From assembly GCA_001600695.1 (NCBI GenBank), contig BCKQ01000007.1, forward strand, positions 94,040 to 158,039: a stretch of 64,000 nt of DNA, given 5' to 3'. The stretch's first letter is position 1. Each line of letters starts with the position of its first letter. The DNA is from Ascoidea asiatica JCM 7603 (taxonomy: Eukaryota > Fungi > Ascomycota). A model generated the notes under the pieces. That model did no database searches. It saw nothing but the letters and a program-made list of their open reading frames with translations, and was not told the origin of the DNA. The position numbers and the translations under genes were made by a program. Below are positions 39,003 through 52,671 of this stretch, in pieces.

Positions 39003-39373
39003 AATACAACCTAGATCTTAAAAATATTCTAATACTTTATATACTGCACTTCATTACAATTATTATAAAATAAATAAACGTTTTTTTAAAGTTTTAAATC
39101 GTGAATAAATTTTTGATTAATTTAGTAGATATTTTGATAAGAAATAGTTTCTTAATCTAACAGAAAGTTAAAGAGTGCTTACAATTTGAAAAATTCAAGG
39201 AGATTTTATTAAAACTCTAGTATGCGTTTTACAAAGACTTCATATACGGTTTAACAAGCAAGATTCTTTTATTGAATGACTATAGTTAGATGAATATTAT
39301 TTCTTTACCCTATATTTCAGGTATTGGGTTTGATAAATTGCAAAAACTCTAAAAACAAACAGGTAGCCAAAAA

Positions 39374-39409
39374 AACTCAGATTACTAATACCTCTTAGTA
39401 ATCTGAGTT
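39374..39409. repeat. Perfect 15-bp inverted repeat with a 6-nt spacer
   Basis: AACTCAGATTACTAA-tacctc-TTAGTAATCTGAGTT. Confidence 0.9.
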
Positions 39410-42400
39410 AATGAAAGCTGGTGAAGTTTGTATACAGTGAGTATTTAATAAAATCATACCAAAGACTTGAAGAGTAATAAAATTCTGTTTCTTTTTAAAT
39501 TGATATGCAAGAACAAATAGTATTCATAATCATTTAACCCCATTAACCGTACCAAGTATAGACTTTAACTGATTTGAGAAGTAGAAGACGAATTGAATAT
39601 TCAAAAAGGTTCCAAACATTCAGTCACTTGAATAGATTCGCACTCTTAGGTGACTTTTAATTAATTATTTGACTAGTCTCAATTTAGTTTTAGTTTAAAA
39701 TATACCCAGCATTAGCTGGTTTACTTGTAGTCGAAAGATAAAAAGCCGAAGTAAAAAACTATCAAGAATGTTTGATTTTGTTTCATAATTGATCCTGAAA
39801 ATAATTACCAATTTGAAATAATAATAAAGCATTTAACCTTAAACAACATGATTTGAGTGAAAATAAAATTAGAATAATGCGCCAGGAAGTAAGGTAAACA
39901 AAGAAACTCAAGATATCTAGAACATTCAAAATCATCGGAGTTTGGAAGCTCATAGTACTAAAAATATTACCTCATGAATATTTTATAATTTTTCTTTCCG
40001 AGGTGCTTTTATTATTTATTAATGTTTTTGAGTTAAAAATTTTTTTCGGGAATTGAAGGTATTTGCTGAAATAAAGTTAGCTGCTGAGTTGAAGGTAGCT
40101 CTTTTCAAAAGGCACAATATTATTCCGAGTTAAACTTTCAAGAATATTTCCATATCCTGTATAAGCAATATTATCATTTACTTAGTTGGAAGTATGCATT
40201 TCAATTATTGAAATTAATTTTTCTTTTTCATTTTCTCTTTCAATTAGAAGAGCAGGTAAACTTTGAAACTTCAGAGAATCCTTTATTTTTGAAAAACAAC
40301 TGTTTCTTTTGTCTATCAATTAGAAATAGTTTATGCTGTATTACCTCTTTTCTTCAATTAAATTTTCAGCAAGTTATAGTCCAATAAATCATCTTTTTGT
40401 AATAATTTGGAGATCTTTTCTTTCTCCTGTATTCAAGGAACATTGGCTAAATATAGGAAGTAATAATTAGGTAATGATTACCATTTTCAGAACAATTTAA
40501 AACAGTTCACTAGTCATAATGTAAATAAGATGAAGTTCAACCAATAATGTAGACCTAAAGATACAATCAGTTTAAATTCTGGTTTTTGACAGGATTTTTA
40601 CATTTGTTCATGAATTTCAAAGTTTCCTAAAATTTTGATCAAAAACCGACCTAATATATTAATAATAATTTGAACTCCTCTTTTCTTTGTTGAACACTGA
40701 TCTCTTAGTAATGTTGTACAGGAATTTCAAAATACTTCCTTCTGTAATTTTCTTTTGACTTTTTTACCAACGAAAAGTATGGTGATTGGAGAAACAATAA
40801 CTGAATGAAAACTTATTACTTGAAAGAGAGCTAACTCAAAAAACCTTTTGAAACCAAAATACTGATGACTCTTCGTTAATGAGTAAAATTTTATTGTCAA
40901 GGAGGATCCTTCTGGATTTTATATTGTAAATATTTCTGGATATTTTTAACTCTCTTAGCATATTCTTAGGCTAAAAGATAAAGTTCATCAAGAAAAGCAA
41001 ATTTGTTGAATGATGAACATTTAATAAGTTCTAAAAAGTTGTAAAAGAAGAAAAATATTGATGATGCAAAACATATCTAAAGCCTCAGTATGTTTGTCAG
41101 ATTATTGAAAAGCTAGAAATAAAATAGGATATATTTTTTAAGCAAACTATACTTTTCTTGAACTTACTTTTGAAACAGAAAGTAAAAAAGCCAGAGAAAA
41201 TAACAATAATTTTCTTAGAAAGTATGTTTAGATAATTTGCTCAACTATACTCCTGAAGCAAATATTCCTTAACTATGAAAGCTTTTCCAGCTTAAGAATA
41301 GCTATAGAATATTATCTTCGAAAAATTTAATAGAGAAAATTATAGAAAAGTAAAAAATCAAAATTGGGAATATTTTTGGAAGAAAATAGTGAAATAAAAT
41401 AGTGAAATTGTGCAATAGCAATGCTATCCCTTTATTATATTCATATCCCTTGTCCTTTATCCTTCACTTCTTCAGTTCTGCCTGTTTAATTTCCCGGTAA
41501 AACCACGTTCACCAATTTCAATTCAAACCCCAAAACCAGCGTCTGTGGAAAGATGCGCATAAGCAGCCATATACGCCAATGCACGTTTTGAGTCCTGTGC
41601 ACATTCTTTGGCGTCTCAAAAAAGTTGCGTTGATCTCCATTTTGCTGCAAAAAGTCAAGAAACTTAACTTCATTTCAACGCAAGTCTTGCTCCCATTTTA
41701 CCAACAGTTACAGTTAAGGTTAAATTATTTCTCTCCTTCACCAGGTATGAAGAACCATCACTTCCGAAGCATATTGATAGTTGATGTCTTTGATGTCTTT
41801 GAATTGAAACAAAAGAATGAAAACCAATTTGTCAGAGTCTTTTGTTATTATTAGCCTCTAGCTTGAAATGATTGAAAGAGCTTCTCAATAATTTCAAAGA
41901 ACCAAGAAAAACATCACTATTTTGAGCCCAGCTCATTTATAATTATAATCACCATTATTATATCCGGGGACTATAGTACTTTATCTAAGGAAAGTATTGA
42001 AGACTTTCTTTATGCTGAGTTCAATCAATGATTGTTATTAGCTTTATAGTTTTAAATATAACTAGCAAATATGAGACAATTTTGACCTTCTCTTTAGGAA
42101 TATTTAATGAAATTTCATACTTATTAGAAAATTAATTTGTAAAATCATTATTTCGATTCTTAAGTAGAAATCTCTTAAAATAGCAGTTCAAAGTATCCAA
42201 ATTGCTGAAATATTTTTGAACTTTCCGAGATATTAATGAAATTAAGTGAAATTTAATGAAAAATAATGAAAATATTGAAAATATCGAAATTTATCAAAAA
42301 CAATAATCAATAAATAACATGTAAATTTGATAAATGCTGTTAAGAGCATATAACATCTCCTTTTATACCCCGATATTTATCAGCCTTTTTGGGATTAATC

Positions 42401-42871
42401 AATTGATTAGCCTCATGTCTTCGAAAAGCAGCATAATAATTTAATAAATATTAATTAAAAAATCAATATCATTGAAGTTGAAACATATCACACCAGCATT
42501 ACAGCTTCAATTTACTAAGCTTGACTATTTGAATGAACACTCATAATAAAGTTTTTAATTACGAATATAGGTAGGGGGTAGTTAATAGTTTAAAACTTTT
42601 GGATATCCTACCGGAACTTTATCATCTCCATAGAACTCAATTACCAGGCAATGATCTAATCATCTAACAGTAGAATTCTACCATATTGCATATAATCAAA
42701 TTAGTCTAATTTTTGAGAAATTAACCTTGATAGATTGATTTTTAGCTTGAAATTTGATCCGACATAACAGCCTTCTTTCAGAAAGTAAAAAAACCGATTC
42801 AAGAAAGTATCAATTCAGAAACAAATCTAGCGAAGAACTTGCTTATCTGAACCACATTATTTCAAAACTAT

Positions 42872-42949
42872 GCTTCAACACCATCCTTCAGCACCATCTT
42901 TCAACATCATTCTTCGGCATCATTCTTCAACATCAATATTTGACATCAA
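42872..42949. repeat. Degenerate 13-bp minisatellite, about 6 copies
   Basis: gcttcaacaccat/ccttcagcaccat/ctttcaacatcat/tcttcggcatcat/tcttcaacatcaa/tatttgacatcaa. Confidence 0.75.
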
Positions 42950-45900
42950 TCTTCCAAAATATCATCTTTCACCTTGTAGTTTGTTCTTAATTTGAAACAC
43001 ACTCAAGGATAACGCCTGAAAAGAACGTTTTTAGTAAATACATCATCATTATCATAAACAAAGGGAAGTATACTCCTTTTCCTTATTGTAAAAAAAGCTT
43101 CTCCTAAAGAACATTGTAAAATGGTGTAAAATACCGAACTAGAAATCTCCTTCATCTTCAGCAATCTTAACAAGCATTAAGGAAAGAAGCTATCATAATA
43201 TTTTTTTTGAGTAAAAACAGCTGATAAAGAAACTGTTTTCATGACTTACGTTCTGCAATTTTCATATATCATAGGAAAGATAATTATCAGAAGACCTAAA
43301 TCAGCAACAATAAAAGAGAAGAAACAACTAACACTAGGAAAATAGAAAAAAGAAAAAAAAAAAAACTATAAAGGGGATATAATATCTATTTATTGATATA
43401 TCTATAAGAATGATTTCACATACATAAAAGTATTGACTTTCCTCTTTTCATTATAAAAATGCTTAAAAGATATAATTTGAGATTTAGAAGAATTTTAAAT
43501 CATTTAAGAAACAGAATGATTAAAAAACAACTAATGAAATTGAAAGCAAAAGAGGTGAAAAAGAAGCAAAAAAGAAGCAAAATAAAGTAAATGAAAAATT
43601 CTTTCAAAGCTACCCCTTTCTGATACATCCTGTATTTATACAGGATATACATTTTATTGTAAATTTGTATCTTCAGAGAGAGATTTTTAAGCAAATAAAA
43701 ACAAACTATAAAACTTTCATTTTAAGTAAAAGTAAAGTAAAAGAAGAAGAAAATGAAAATAAAAAAAGAAGATGAAAAATAAGAAAAGAGAAAAGAAAAA
43801 AGGTTATAAATAATTGATAATAATTAGTAATAGCTATCCAAAATCAACAAAAAAAATATGTTCTTTTCTTAAATACTATTATATGCTTATTTGCAATTTG
43901 TTTTTTCATCAAAAAAACTCTTTTATCCACTTTGAAATATTGAAGATAATTCAGATTCCACTACTCAAGAACCAAATTATCGACTGAGAAGAAAAAAAAG
44001 ATAAAAAAAAAGAATAAAAAAGTAGAAGAAGAATTTTATGCCCTTTCAGAATAAAGGAATTGGTTTAAAATAAGGAACAAAATTGTATATAAAAAAACGC
44101 AAAAATTGAATATATAAATACTGACTCTATTTTTTCTCAGTACTGTATTTATTTGTAATTTTCTAGGAGCACTAGGCCCTCCCCACAAAGGGAAATGTGC
44201 ATGCACGGGTCACTCTGGTTTCATGCTCCTCAAGGCGGGTGCATGCCTACATCCTAGAAAGTGCGTGATAATAGGCGTCAGTTTTGCATTTGAGGCACAG
44301 TGGTTGCAAATCAGGAACTTTTCAGCCACAAAAAGCAAATAAAAGATAAAATAACCGCGGCTGTTGGATTTGGGGCTTTGTTTCAGCGGCACAAAATCGC
44401 TGGGGTGTTTCAAAAGAGCTTAGTATCGCTCAGTACCACAATTTGTGATATATTGCTTTTTACAGCTCTGTCTGTGATAAAATTAGATACCACCAGTCTG
44501 GGTAGTACTGTTTTTGCTTGTAAATGATGAAAATAGCTGTGCTACACGGCACACGCACTCTTTCACATGTCTTATGAGGCTCCATTGTGCATTTGCACCC
44601 CTACCGCCAACAATCAACAAACACACAAACGCAAACGCAAACACAATTACAATCACAATCATTCTTCCATTTGCGTCGACCAAGCTGGCAATGCGTATTT
44701 TCCAGCACGCACATTTCCCACGCTCTATTTATTCACTATTCAACAAGATGTTTTTGGGTCTCCTTTTTACACATTTGGGCTTTATGGTTTTTATTAGTGA
44801 GCTGGTGCTATCTGTACTGAAATTTACCAAGCAAATTCACTAGCAATTTTATTGGCAAGTTTATTACCAAGTTTATTAGGCAAATTTATTAAAACATTTA
44901 TTACCGAATTCATTCATTCTCTCTTCCAAAAAAACATAAATATATTTTTGTTGAAACTTTTGATGTTAGGCTTTAATGGCCTAAGAATTATTCATTATAA
45001 TTTATTTACTTTTATTAACACTTTTATAGTTCTCGAAAATTTCAAGAATTAAAGCCTTCTGTATTATCTTTTCCTTCAAATATAGGATTAGATACTTTTT
45101 GTTATCCCCTATTTTAAAAAATCTAAAATCTTTGATATTTTTTCGTTGATATTTGCTCTTTTTTATTTTCTTTTTAAATAAAATGTAAGATTTAATATAT
45201 ATGTTATTTCAATTAGAATACAATTTATATTCTTAACAAAAAATGTGGTATAGATTATCCTTTTTTCTTTTCTCAGAAATTGGATTTAACTATTAAGTTA
45301 TACAATTTTTTTTACTTTTATTATCATATTTAATCAATTAAAAGAAAATCTTTTATATTATATATTAATATTGAATTTTATATTGATTTTCTTTATTATA
45401 TTCGAATCCTGAAATTATAATAAATTTGTTATTTTCAGAAGAGAATTTTAATTAAACATAATCATTATACTATTCAATAGGGTATATGCTAAATGTTTTG
45501 ATAGATTCTAACAAAGACTTGTTAATCACCAGTTCTTCTAAGCTATTACAGTTTATAAAGTAATAACAATGAGAAGAAAAGAATAAACAAAAAAAGAGGA
45601 TGAAGAATAGTATCAAACATACATTTTATTGGGTTAATAAGATGGTATATAAACTTCATCAATGATCTATGGAAGCCATATATTCTTTAATCAAGTTGCA
45701 CATTTTTATTAAAGATTCTTAAAAATACATTCTCATTATTCATTACTAAAGCTTTTTCAATCAAATTCATGAAATTTTACCATTTCAATAAAGATTCTTT
45801 ATGATTAAGTTACTTTATTTTGATTATGATTTTAACTGATTCAATTAATCAAGCAAGCAATCAATCAGACAAGGCATAAATCAAAAAATCTATCAATTAA

Positions 45901-48900
45901 TTAAGGCAAACCAAACCATACCAAACCAAATCTAATCAAATCTAATCTAATCAGTTCTATCACATTACAACATATTCTTATTTCATTCAATTAATATCAT
46001 GGTTATGATTATTGTTCTTAATGCTACTTTTTATTGGGTTATTTTTTCTGTAAAAGTTGAGAATCTTTTCAGTTTAATAATAAAGTTTAATATTATCAAA
46101 TAATAATATCCTCCTATGATCATGTCATCATATAATCTCCCAATTATATTTCTTGAAGTTGTATGGATTAATCTTTTCTTGTACTTTTTCAAAAATAAGC
46201 TTTTTGATGGTTTTTGAAATTTTGAAAAACCGAACCCCTACAAATTATAATTTTTAAAAAAGTTAATGCACTTAATCAATTATCAAGGGTCCAATAATTA
46301 ATAATTGAACCTAAAGGTTGTAATAGATGTAATGGATGTATTGGATATGACGGATGTAATAGACTAAATGGTGATTTAGGATTATTATCAAGAAATTATT
46401 AGATTCTTTTTCTTTTTCGTTTTGTTTAGTATTTTTTTCTTAAATTCAAGTAAAAAACAAAGAGAAATATAAAAGATTTTCAAGCATTTAAAAGAATTAA
46501 AATGAATTTCAAAGTAATACAAATGAGATTGTATTTAAAAAAGAGGATTTTTATATAAACAAAGCATTAAAAGACATGTTTTATTTAATAAGGTTAATCA
46601 ATACTTACATTACTTTTTTCATAAATGAATTCTTTAATATATTTTTCAGATTTTTCATCAATTTGTTTATACAATAATTTATTGAAAAAGAGAATCAACC
46701 CAAACCAAAAGAAAGGTAATATATCAATCAGTTCAATTAAGGTAATAAATAAAGTTATAATGATATAGTTTTAATGAGTTTTTGATTTTTAAGGTAATGA
46801 AAAAGAGAAAAAATAGGTAAAAATAAATGAAAATAAGTGAAAATAAGAGAAATAAGACAAAAAGGAAAAGAAGAAAGAAAAAGAAGAAGATAATGTGAGT
46901 GGTAAGGTTAATACTCATCATTATTTAATTAAGCTTTTCAAAGAATTTAAGAATTGATCGTATGATGATGGTATAAAATATTGATATTAATTTTAATAAT
47001 CTTTGAGATGAATGATGAATATGATGAATATTTTTAATTGATAAAACAATAAAGAAAAACAAAACAGAGTAAATTATATTTCATAGATTATAGATTTTAA
47101 TTTGAATGCTAATAAAAGTTCTCATTACTTGAGAAAAAACAATCAAAGATATAAGCTTATTAATCTATTCTAATAGAGTAAGTAAGTAAGTAAGTAGGTA
47201 AGTAAATAAGTAAGTTTATACTGGATGTATACTGGATACCTTTAATATCATAAGATAATAGAAACCTCGGTATAGTTATACAAATCAATGATTTCAATGA
47301 TTTAATGAAACTTAATTTGAAAGAGAGTCAATTCAATTTAATATCTTAATTTTATTTTTTATATACTCTCTTTATACTTTTAATAAGTTATATTCCAAGT
47401 CAAAAATAATCAAATGGACATAAATTAATAAGCTTATAAAAATTAATAATTGTAATTAAAGGAGTTAAAATTTATAAATAATGATAACATGCTAAACTAA
47501 AATTTTAATAAAAAGATAATAAAATAATAATAATCATTCATTTATTTTTGCAAAAAAATCAAAATTTTTTGGTAAGAAATTGTTCGAAATAAAAATTGTG
47601 AGTTTCAAATAGTATTCCAGCAAGTTTTTATAATGAGAAGATCTTCTCTTTCAATAACTTACTTTTATCATCATTATATCATTATAATTATCATTATCAT
47701 TATTATTGTGCTTAATATTATTATCATAAAATGCTTATCCTACAGATTATATAATCCTTATATTCAACATATTAATTATATTCACCATATTTATTATATT
47801 TACTATGTAAGATTACAAGGACTGCAAAAGTTACAAAGATTGTAAAAATATAAAAAAGTGCAACCGAAGCTGAATGCCGTGCACAGGAAAACACCTCCAA
47901 AAGCACTGAAATACACCGAGGCACGGCAACAGGGCTAGGCGTAGCCACGGCAGACTACGGTACTCCGCCTGAAACATGCATTTCCACACACGCGGCCAAA
48001 CGGTGCATCTCCCACGTTAATTGGCCAAGCCTGAGATTGAAAAGGAGATAAATTGAAAAATTAAATGCAACCTTGAAAATTCTACTTCAGTGGTTATTTT
48101 TAATTGAAATTGGTAGTTATATGAAATATTTGTTAACTGATTGGTGCAAAAGAAAAAGAAAAGTGGTTATTTGAAATATGGTGTGTTTGTACAAACTTTG
48201 TAGAGATAATTAATATTTCAAGATCATCGTTAATAATTACCATTTTTGATATTTGTAATCATCGATGCACAACAAACTGAGTAGTGGTGGTTGCTAACCG
48301 CCACACACGTATGGACCGCCTTGCCCAGACAAAACTTAGGTTGCAAAAAATGGGTGGTGGGCAGTGGAGGTGGGCAGTGTGCAGTAGGTTATAGATTTAA
48401 TACATGGTTTTGGCTTTAGGAAACCTTGAAAAACAATTAGGCCACAGAACCCCACCCCCTCTTCCTCCGGGACTGGGAAAGGTACGACATGAAGCTCGTG
48501 GCTGGTGTGTGTTCGCCGGATGTCCCAACGAAACGTCACAAGCTCTTTTTATTATGAATTTTCTCGTTTGAGAACGTGTGAATAGTTGGATTTTTTTATT
48601 GTCACTTTCATTTTCAGCTTTATTTCATTTTGTTTCGTTTCATTTTTGTGGCTGGGAATTCTGGGCGTGAGGATAAAAAGCAAGAGAATTTGAAACCGAA
48701 GGAGAGGTGGAAAGAAGCCGAGGGTTAGTTCTGCCGAGGTTACTCCCCTCCTGAATACATGGTTTATGAATTTAACTTTCAAAAGCGATCAGAAAAAATC
48801 TAAAAAGATCAAAAGAATTAAAAAGAATCCGAAAAGACCTTAAACAAACAGAAAGAACTGAAAAGCCTTGAAGAAAGATTTGACTCTTTTGAAAGATGAA

Positions 48901-50826
48901 TCTGCTGCAATTGCTATTAATCAATTTAGGTACAATAATATAATAATATTACAATACACAGCCTAACTAATTCCACAAACAAGGACTTGAAAGTATTGAA
49001 AGTCATGAAAGCCAAGAACTGAACTGGATAGAAATCATTTTTTGTTGCTTGAAAAGGTAACAGAAAAAGAGACTTGAGAATCGTCGCTAGGATGTTGAAA
49101 GCGGAACCCCTTTCTTTTGCGTTACGTTTGCGTTTTTGAATTCAATTCAATTGAGATACGATTTGATTTATTCCCACCACCCACCACCATTGAATCCTAG
49201 ACACGAACACGAACCCAACCACAAACGGACCACTTTCTCCATGGTATCACTGCAAATACTGGAAATACTGCAAATAACAAGATTACAACAGCAACAGCAA
49301 CAGCAGCATCACAGCCCACCGGAACAAATCGCTATCAAATCACAGCTTTGAAACCTTGAAACTTTGAAACTGGTGATGCAAATCTGTTTTAGTGCCAACA
49401 ACCTTAAAATAAAAAAACGTAATAAACATAAAAATATAAAAAGTATTTGCATTTCCACTGCTTAACCAACCGTAAGTCAAAAACTAAATATCCAATATCC
49501 AATATCTAATATTAAAACTATTTCAAGTTGCAATTGAAATGGAAATGGAATTGGAATTGGAATAAACCACAATACTTAATACTTGTTTCTTTCTTTATTT
49601 TCTTTATTTCTTTATTTTCATAAGGAAATAATATTCCGATATCGTAATTTGATAGAAAATGGACCTTTTCCAATTACAAATCAACATTAAAATCTTTTCA
49701 CAAGCAAACTGAATTTAATCCATTCACTTTTCTTTTATGTTTCAAATCATTCGGCAATTTCTTGTTTTTTCTTCTCTTTTCTTCTCTTTTCTTCTCTTTT
49801 CTTGTCTTTTTTAGTCTTTTCTTGTTTATTCTTGTTTTTTCTCACCTTTTTGATTTATTTTCTTAATATTTTCTTAATATTTTCTTAATATTCTCTAGGT
49901 TTTATCTCGTTTTCGGCTTGTTATTACTAAACTTCTTGTTGTTATTTTTATTATTATTTTTTTTTATCCTTGGGTTAAAATTATCATCAAGAATGTGAAT
50001 TATTATATCATCATTATATTTTCTAAGTAAATATATTAAATATATTGAATCATTGATTAATTTTCTATTTGTTTTCTTCTTTTAACTCTGTTGTTATTCC
50101 TGTTCTTGTTCTTGTTCTTGTTCTTGTTGTTAATCATGGTTCCAATTCTCGTAAATTCTTCTTTGCTTTTTATTATATCATATCATATTATATCATGAAT
50201 AGTATAAAATCATATCATTTCATATCATTTCATTTCATACCATTTCATATCGTATTATAATATAGTTCAAATCTAATTCAAATCTAAATCAATCTCAAAG
50301 CAAAATTAAAGCAATATTGAAACTTATTTAGACATCCTTAAACAAAACAAACATTTATTATTAAATGTTATTAAATGTTATTAAAATCTATTTAAAATTG
50401 AGAGAAGTAAACTATTGAAAAATTTATATACTGTATCTTAACTTGTATATAACTTTTATTATATATATATACTTGTATATATTTTATACATATATATTTT
50501 ATACATATATATCTTACTTATAAAAATCATTTTAGCCGGGGTTAATTGAATATTTATTTATTTTTAAGCCTTATAAATTATAAAAGTAATTTTCATTCTC
50601 TTCATATATTATTATTTCTTTATTTCATATAAAAGGAATTCATTTCTTCCATTTATCTATTCATTCATTCATTCATTTAATCTTTAACCTCAATTATATC
50701 ATATCATATCATATTATATTATATTATACTATACTATTTCATATCACATCATATCATATCATATCATATCATATCAAATACCATATCATCTTACATTTCA
50801 ATGAATAGTTATTATAATTAATTATT

Positions 50827-51378
50827 ATGGCAAATATAATGGATGCTCAAATCATTTTACCATTAAATTCAAATCAAATTTATACTGCTAGAGGTCCGGT
50901 ATTTATTGGTACTGAACCAACATTAATTTTATTTAGAGATTTTAATTTAAATAATAAAAATTTAAAAAAAGTTAATATAACTTCAGAATTAAAAAATCAA
51001 ATTATTGATAAAAATATTTTAGTTGGAATTTTTCATCTTGAAAAAAATTCATTAAAAACTTTAGAAAATATAAATGATTATAATGATTTAAATTTAAATT
51101 CTTTTAATAATAATCATAATAACAACAACATTAATGATTTAAATAATTTTATTCAAAATAATTATACTGAAACTTTTTTACATTATATTACTTGTGATCC
51201 AATAAGTTTTGATATTATGCCAAATGATTATGAATTAAGAAATGTAAAAATTAATTATCAAATTAATTTAATTGGTTCAAGAGATTTTATATTTAAAGGT
51301 TATTATTATTTTGTTTTTACAACTTCTTTAAATTTTGGTGCAAAAAGAATTAGAAGTGATATTTTTTTTGTTAATTAA
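50827..51378 (+). CDS. Uncharacterised 183-aa protein, probably beta-rich
   Basis: ATG-initiated, host codon bias, and complex sequence at both ends flanking an Asn-rich insert. No family confidently recognised. Confidence 0.75.
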   Translation: MANIMDAQIILPLNSNQIYTARGPVFIGTEPTLILFRDFNLNNKNLKKVNITSELKNQIIDKNILVGIFHLEKNSLKTLENINDYNDLNLNSFNNNHNNNNINDLNNFIQNNYTETFLHYITCDPISFDIMPNDYELRNVKINYQINLIGSRDFIFKGYYYFVFTTSLNFGAKRIRSDIFFVN

Positions 51379-51621
51379 TATTCCATTATTTTATTATTCA
51401 TTATAAATCTTTCATTTTTTTACTTTTATTTATTACATTTCTCATTATATTATTCATTATATTATTCATTATAGTTCTCATTATATATATATATTTTATT
51501 TGTCATGTTAGTTAGTTAGTTAGTTCATCAATTCATTCAATATTTTTTTTCATATTTTTTTCATATTTCTCAGATTTTTTATATCTATTTTTGTATATAA
51601 TATATTGAATGATTTTTTTTT

Positions 51622-52671
51622 TTATCTATTTAATAAAAGATATTGTAATTGTTTTTTAATTAAATTTTCATCAAAATTATTCCATGATTCATATAATGAT
51701 AAAATCTCTTGAATTGATTCAATAATTTCTTGTAAATTAATATTTGAAAATGCTAAAAAATTATTCAAAAAAACTAATTTTTCATTATATATTTGATATA
51801 AGTTTGAATTTGGATTAGAATTTGGATTTAAATTGGGATTTAAATTTGGACTAGAAAATTCATTTGATGATTCATTATATAACTCATTTGATAAATCATT
51901 TGAAAATTCATTTGGATCACTTGATTGATCATTTAATTCATTTAATTTAATAATAATTGTTAAATAAATTGAAGAAATTGCAATAATATGAGGTGGAAAT
52001 AATAATAATAAATCTGAAATATAAGAATCATTAATAATTGACCAAGATAATTGTAAATCATCATTTGATAATTGAATATTTTTAAAATTATTATTTGATA
52101 TTGAAATTGATTTATTTTTAGATAAAATTGAATTAAAATTATAATTTTCAAATAAACTTTTCAATTGAATTAAAGATTTATATGGATGATAAATAATTAA
52201 ATAATTATTTAATTCTTCAATTAAATAAAATTCAAATTCTGCTAATTTTGTTAAATCATTTGGTATATATTCTGGCCATAAATTTCTTGATTCATTTAAA
52301 ATTGTTCTAATATGTATTGGATTTTCTTCAATTTTACATGATAAATAAATTGATGTTGAAATTAATAAATATAAATTAATTTCTTTAAAATTAACATTTA
52401 TCAAAAATCTTTTAATATAAATTATTGAAGTTGCAATTGGTAAAATTGATTTTATATTTAATTTTCTTGATAATTTTAATATACAATTATTTAAATATAT
52501 TTTCATATTTGTATTATATAAAATATATTTAAATTGATCATTAATTGGTAATTGATTTGATAAATATAATTCTCTTTCTTGAGTATTTAAATCTAATTTT
52601 TTTTGCATTAATTGTTCTCTTGTCATTTGCCATTTATTTCTTTGAGTTGAATTCCAATAATTTGCACTCAT
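51622..52671 (-). CDS. SSN8: Cyclin C of the Mediator CDK8 module
   Basis: MSANYWNSTQRNKW, IYLSCKIEENPIHIRT, LAEFEFYLIEEL..YLIIYHPYKSL, WSIINDSY, PPHIIA. Confidence 0.96.
   Translation of the reverse strand: MSANYWNSTQRNKWQMTREQLMQKKLDLNTQERELYLSNQLPINDQFKYILYNTNMKIYLNNCILKLSRKLNIKSILPIATSIIYIKRFLINVNFKEINLYLLISTSIYLSCKIEENPIHIRTILNESRNLWPEYIPNDLTKLAEFEFYLIEELNNYLIIYHPYKSLIQLKSLFENYNFNSILSKNKSISISNNNFKNIQLSNDDLQLSWSIINDSYISDLLLLFPPHIIAISSIYLTIIIKLNELNDQSSDPNEFSNDLSNELYNESSNEFSSPNLNPNLNPNSNPNSNLYQIYNEKLVFLNNFLAFSNINLQEIIESIQEILSLYESWNNFDENLIKKQLQYLLLNR

Noticed and set aside
44210-45052. Cluster of overlapping 66-109-aa ORFs on both strands
   Set aside because: Mostly non-ATG starts, mutually overlapping and microsatellite-derived; explained by local GC richness.
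46316-46402. Cys-containing GCNRCNGC-like reading (metallothionein-like)
   Set aside because: In-frame stop just upstream and no ATG; it derives from a degenerate GGATGTAAT repeat.
26500-50800. Intact LTR retrotransposon or point centromere (CDEI-II-III) in the gene deserts
   Set aside because: By eye I found no gag/pol ORF, no paired LTRs and no CDEI-AT tract-CCG arrangement; the CACGTG sites sit in promoter islands.
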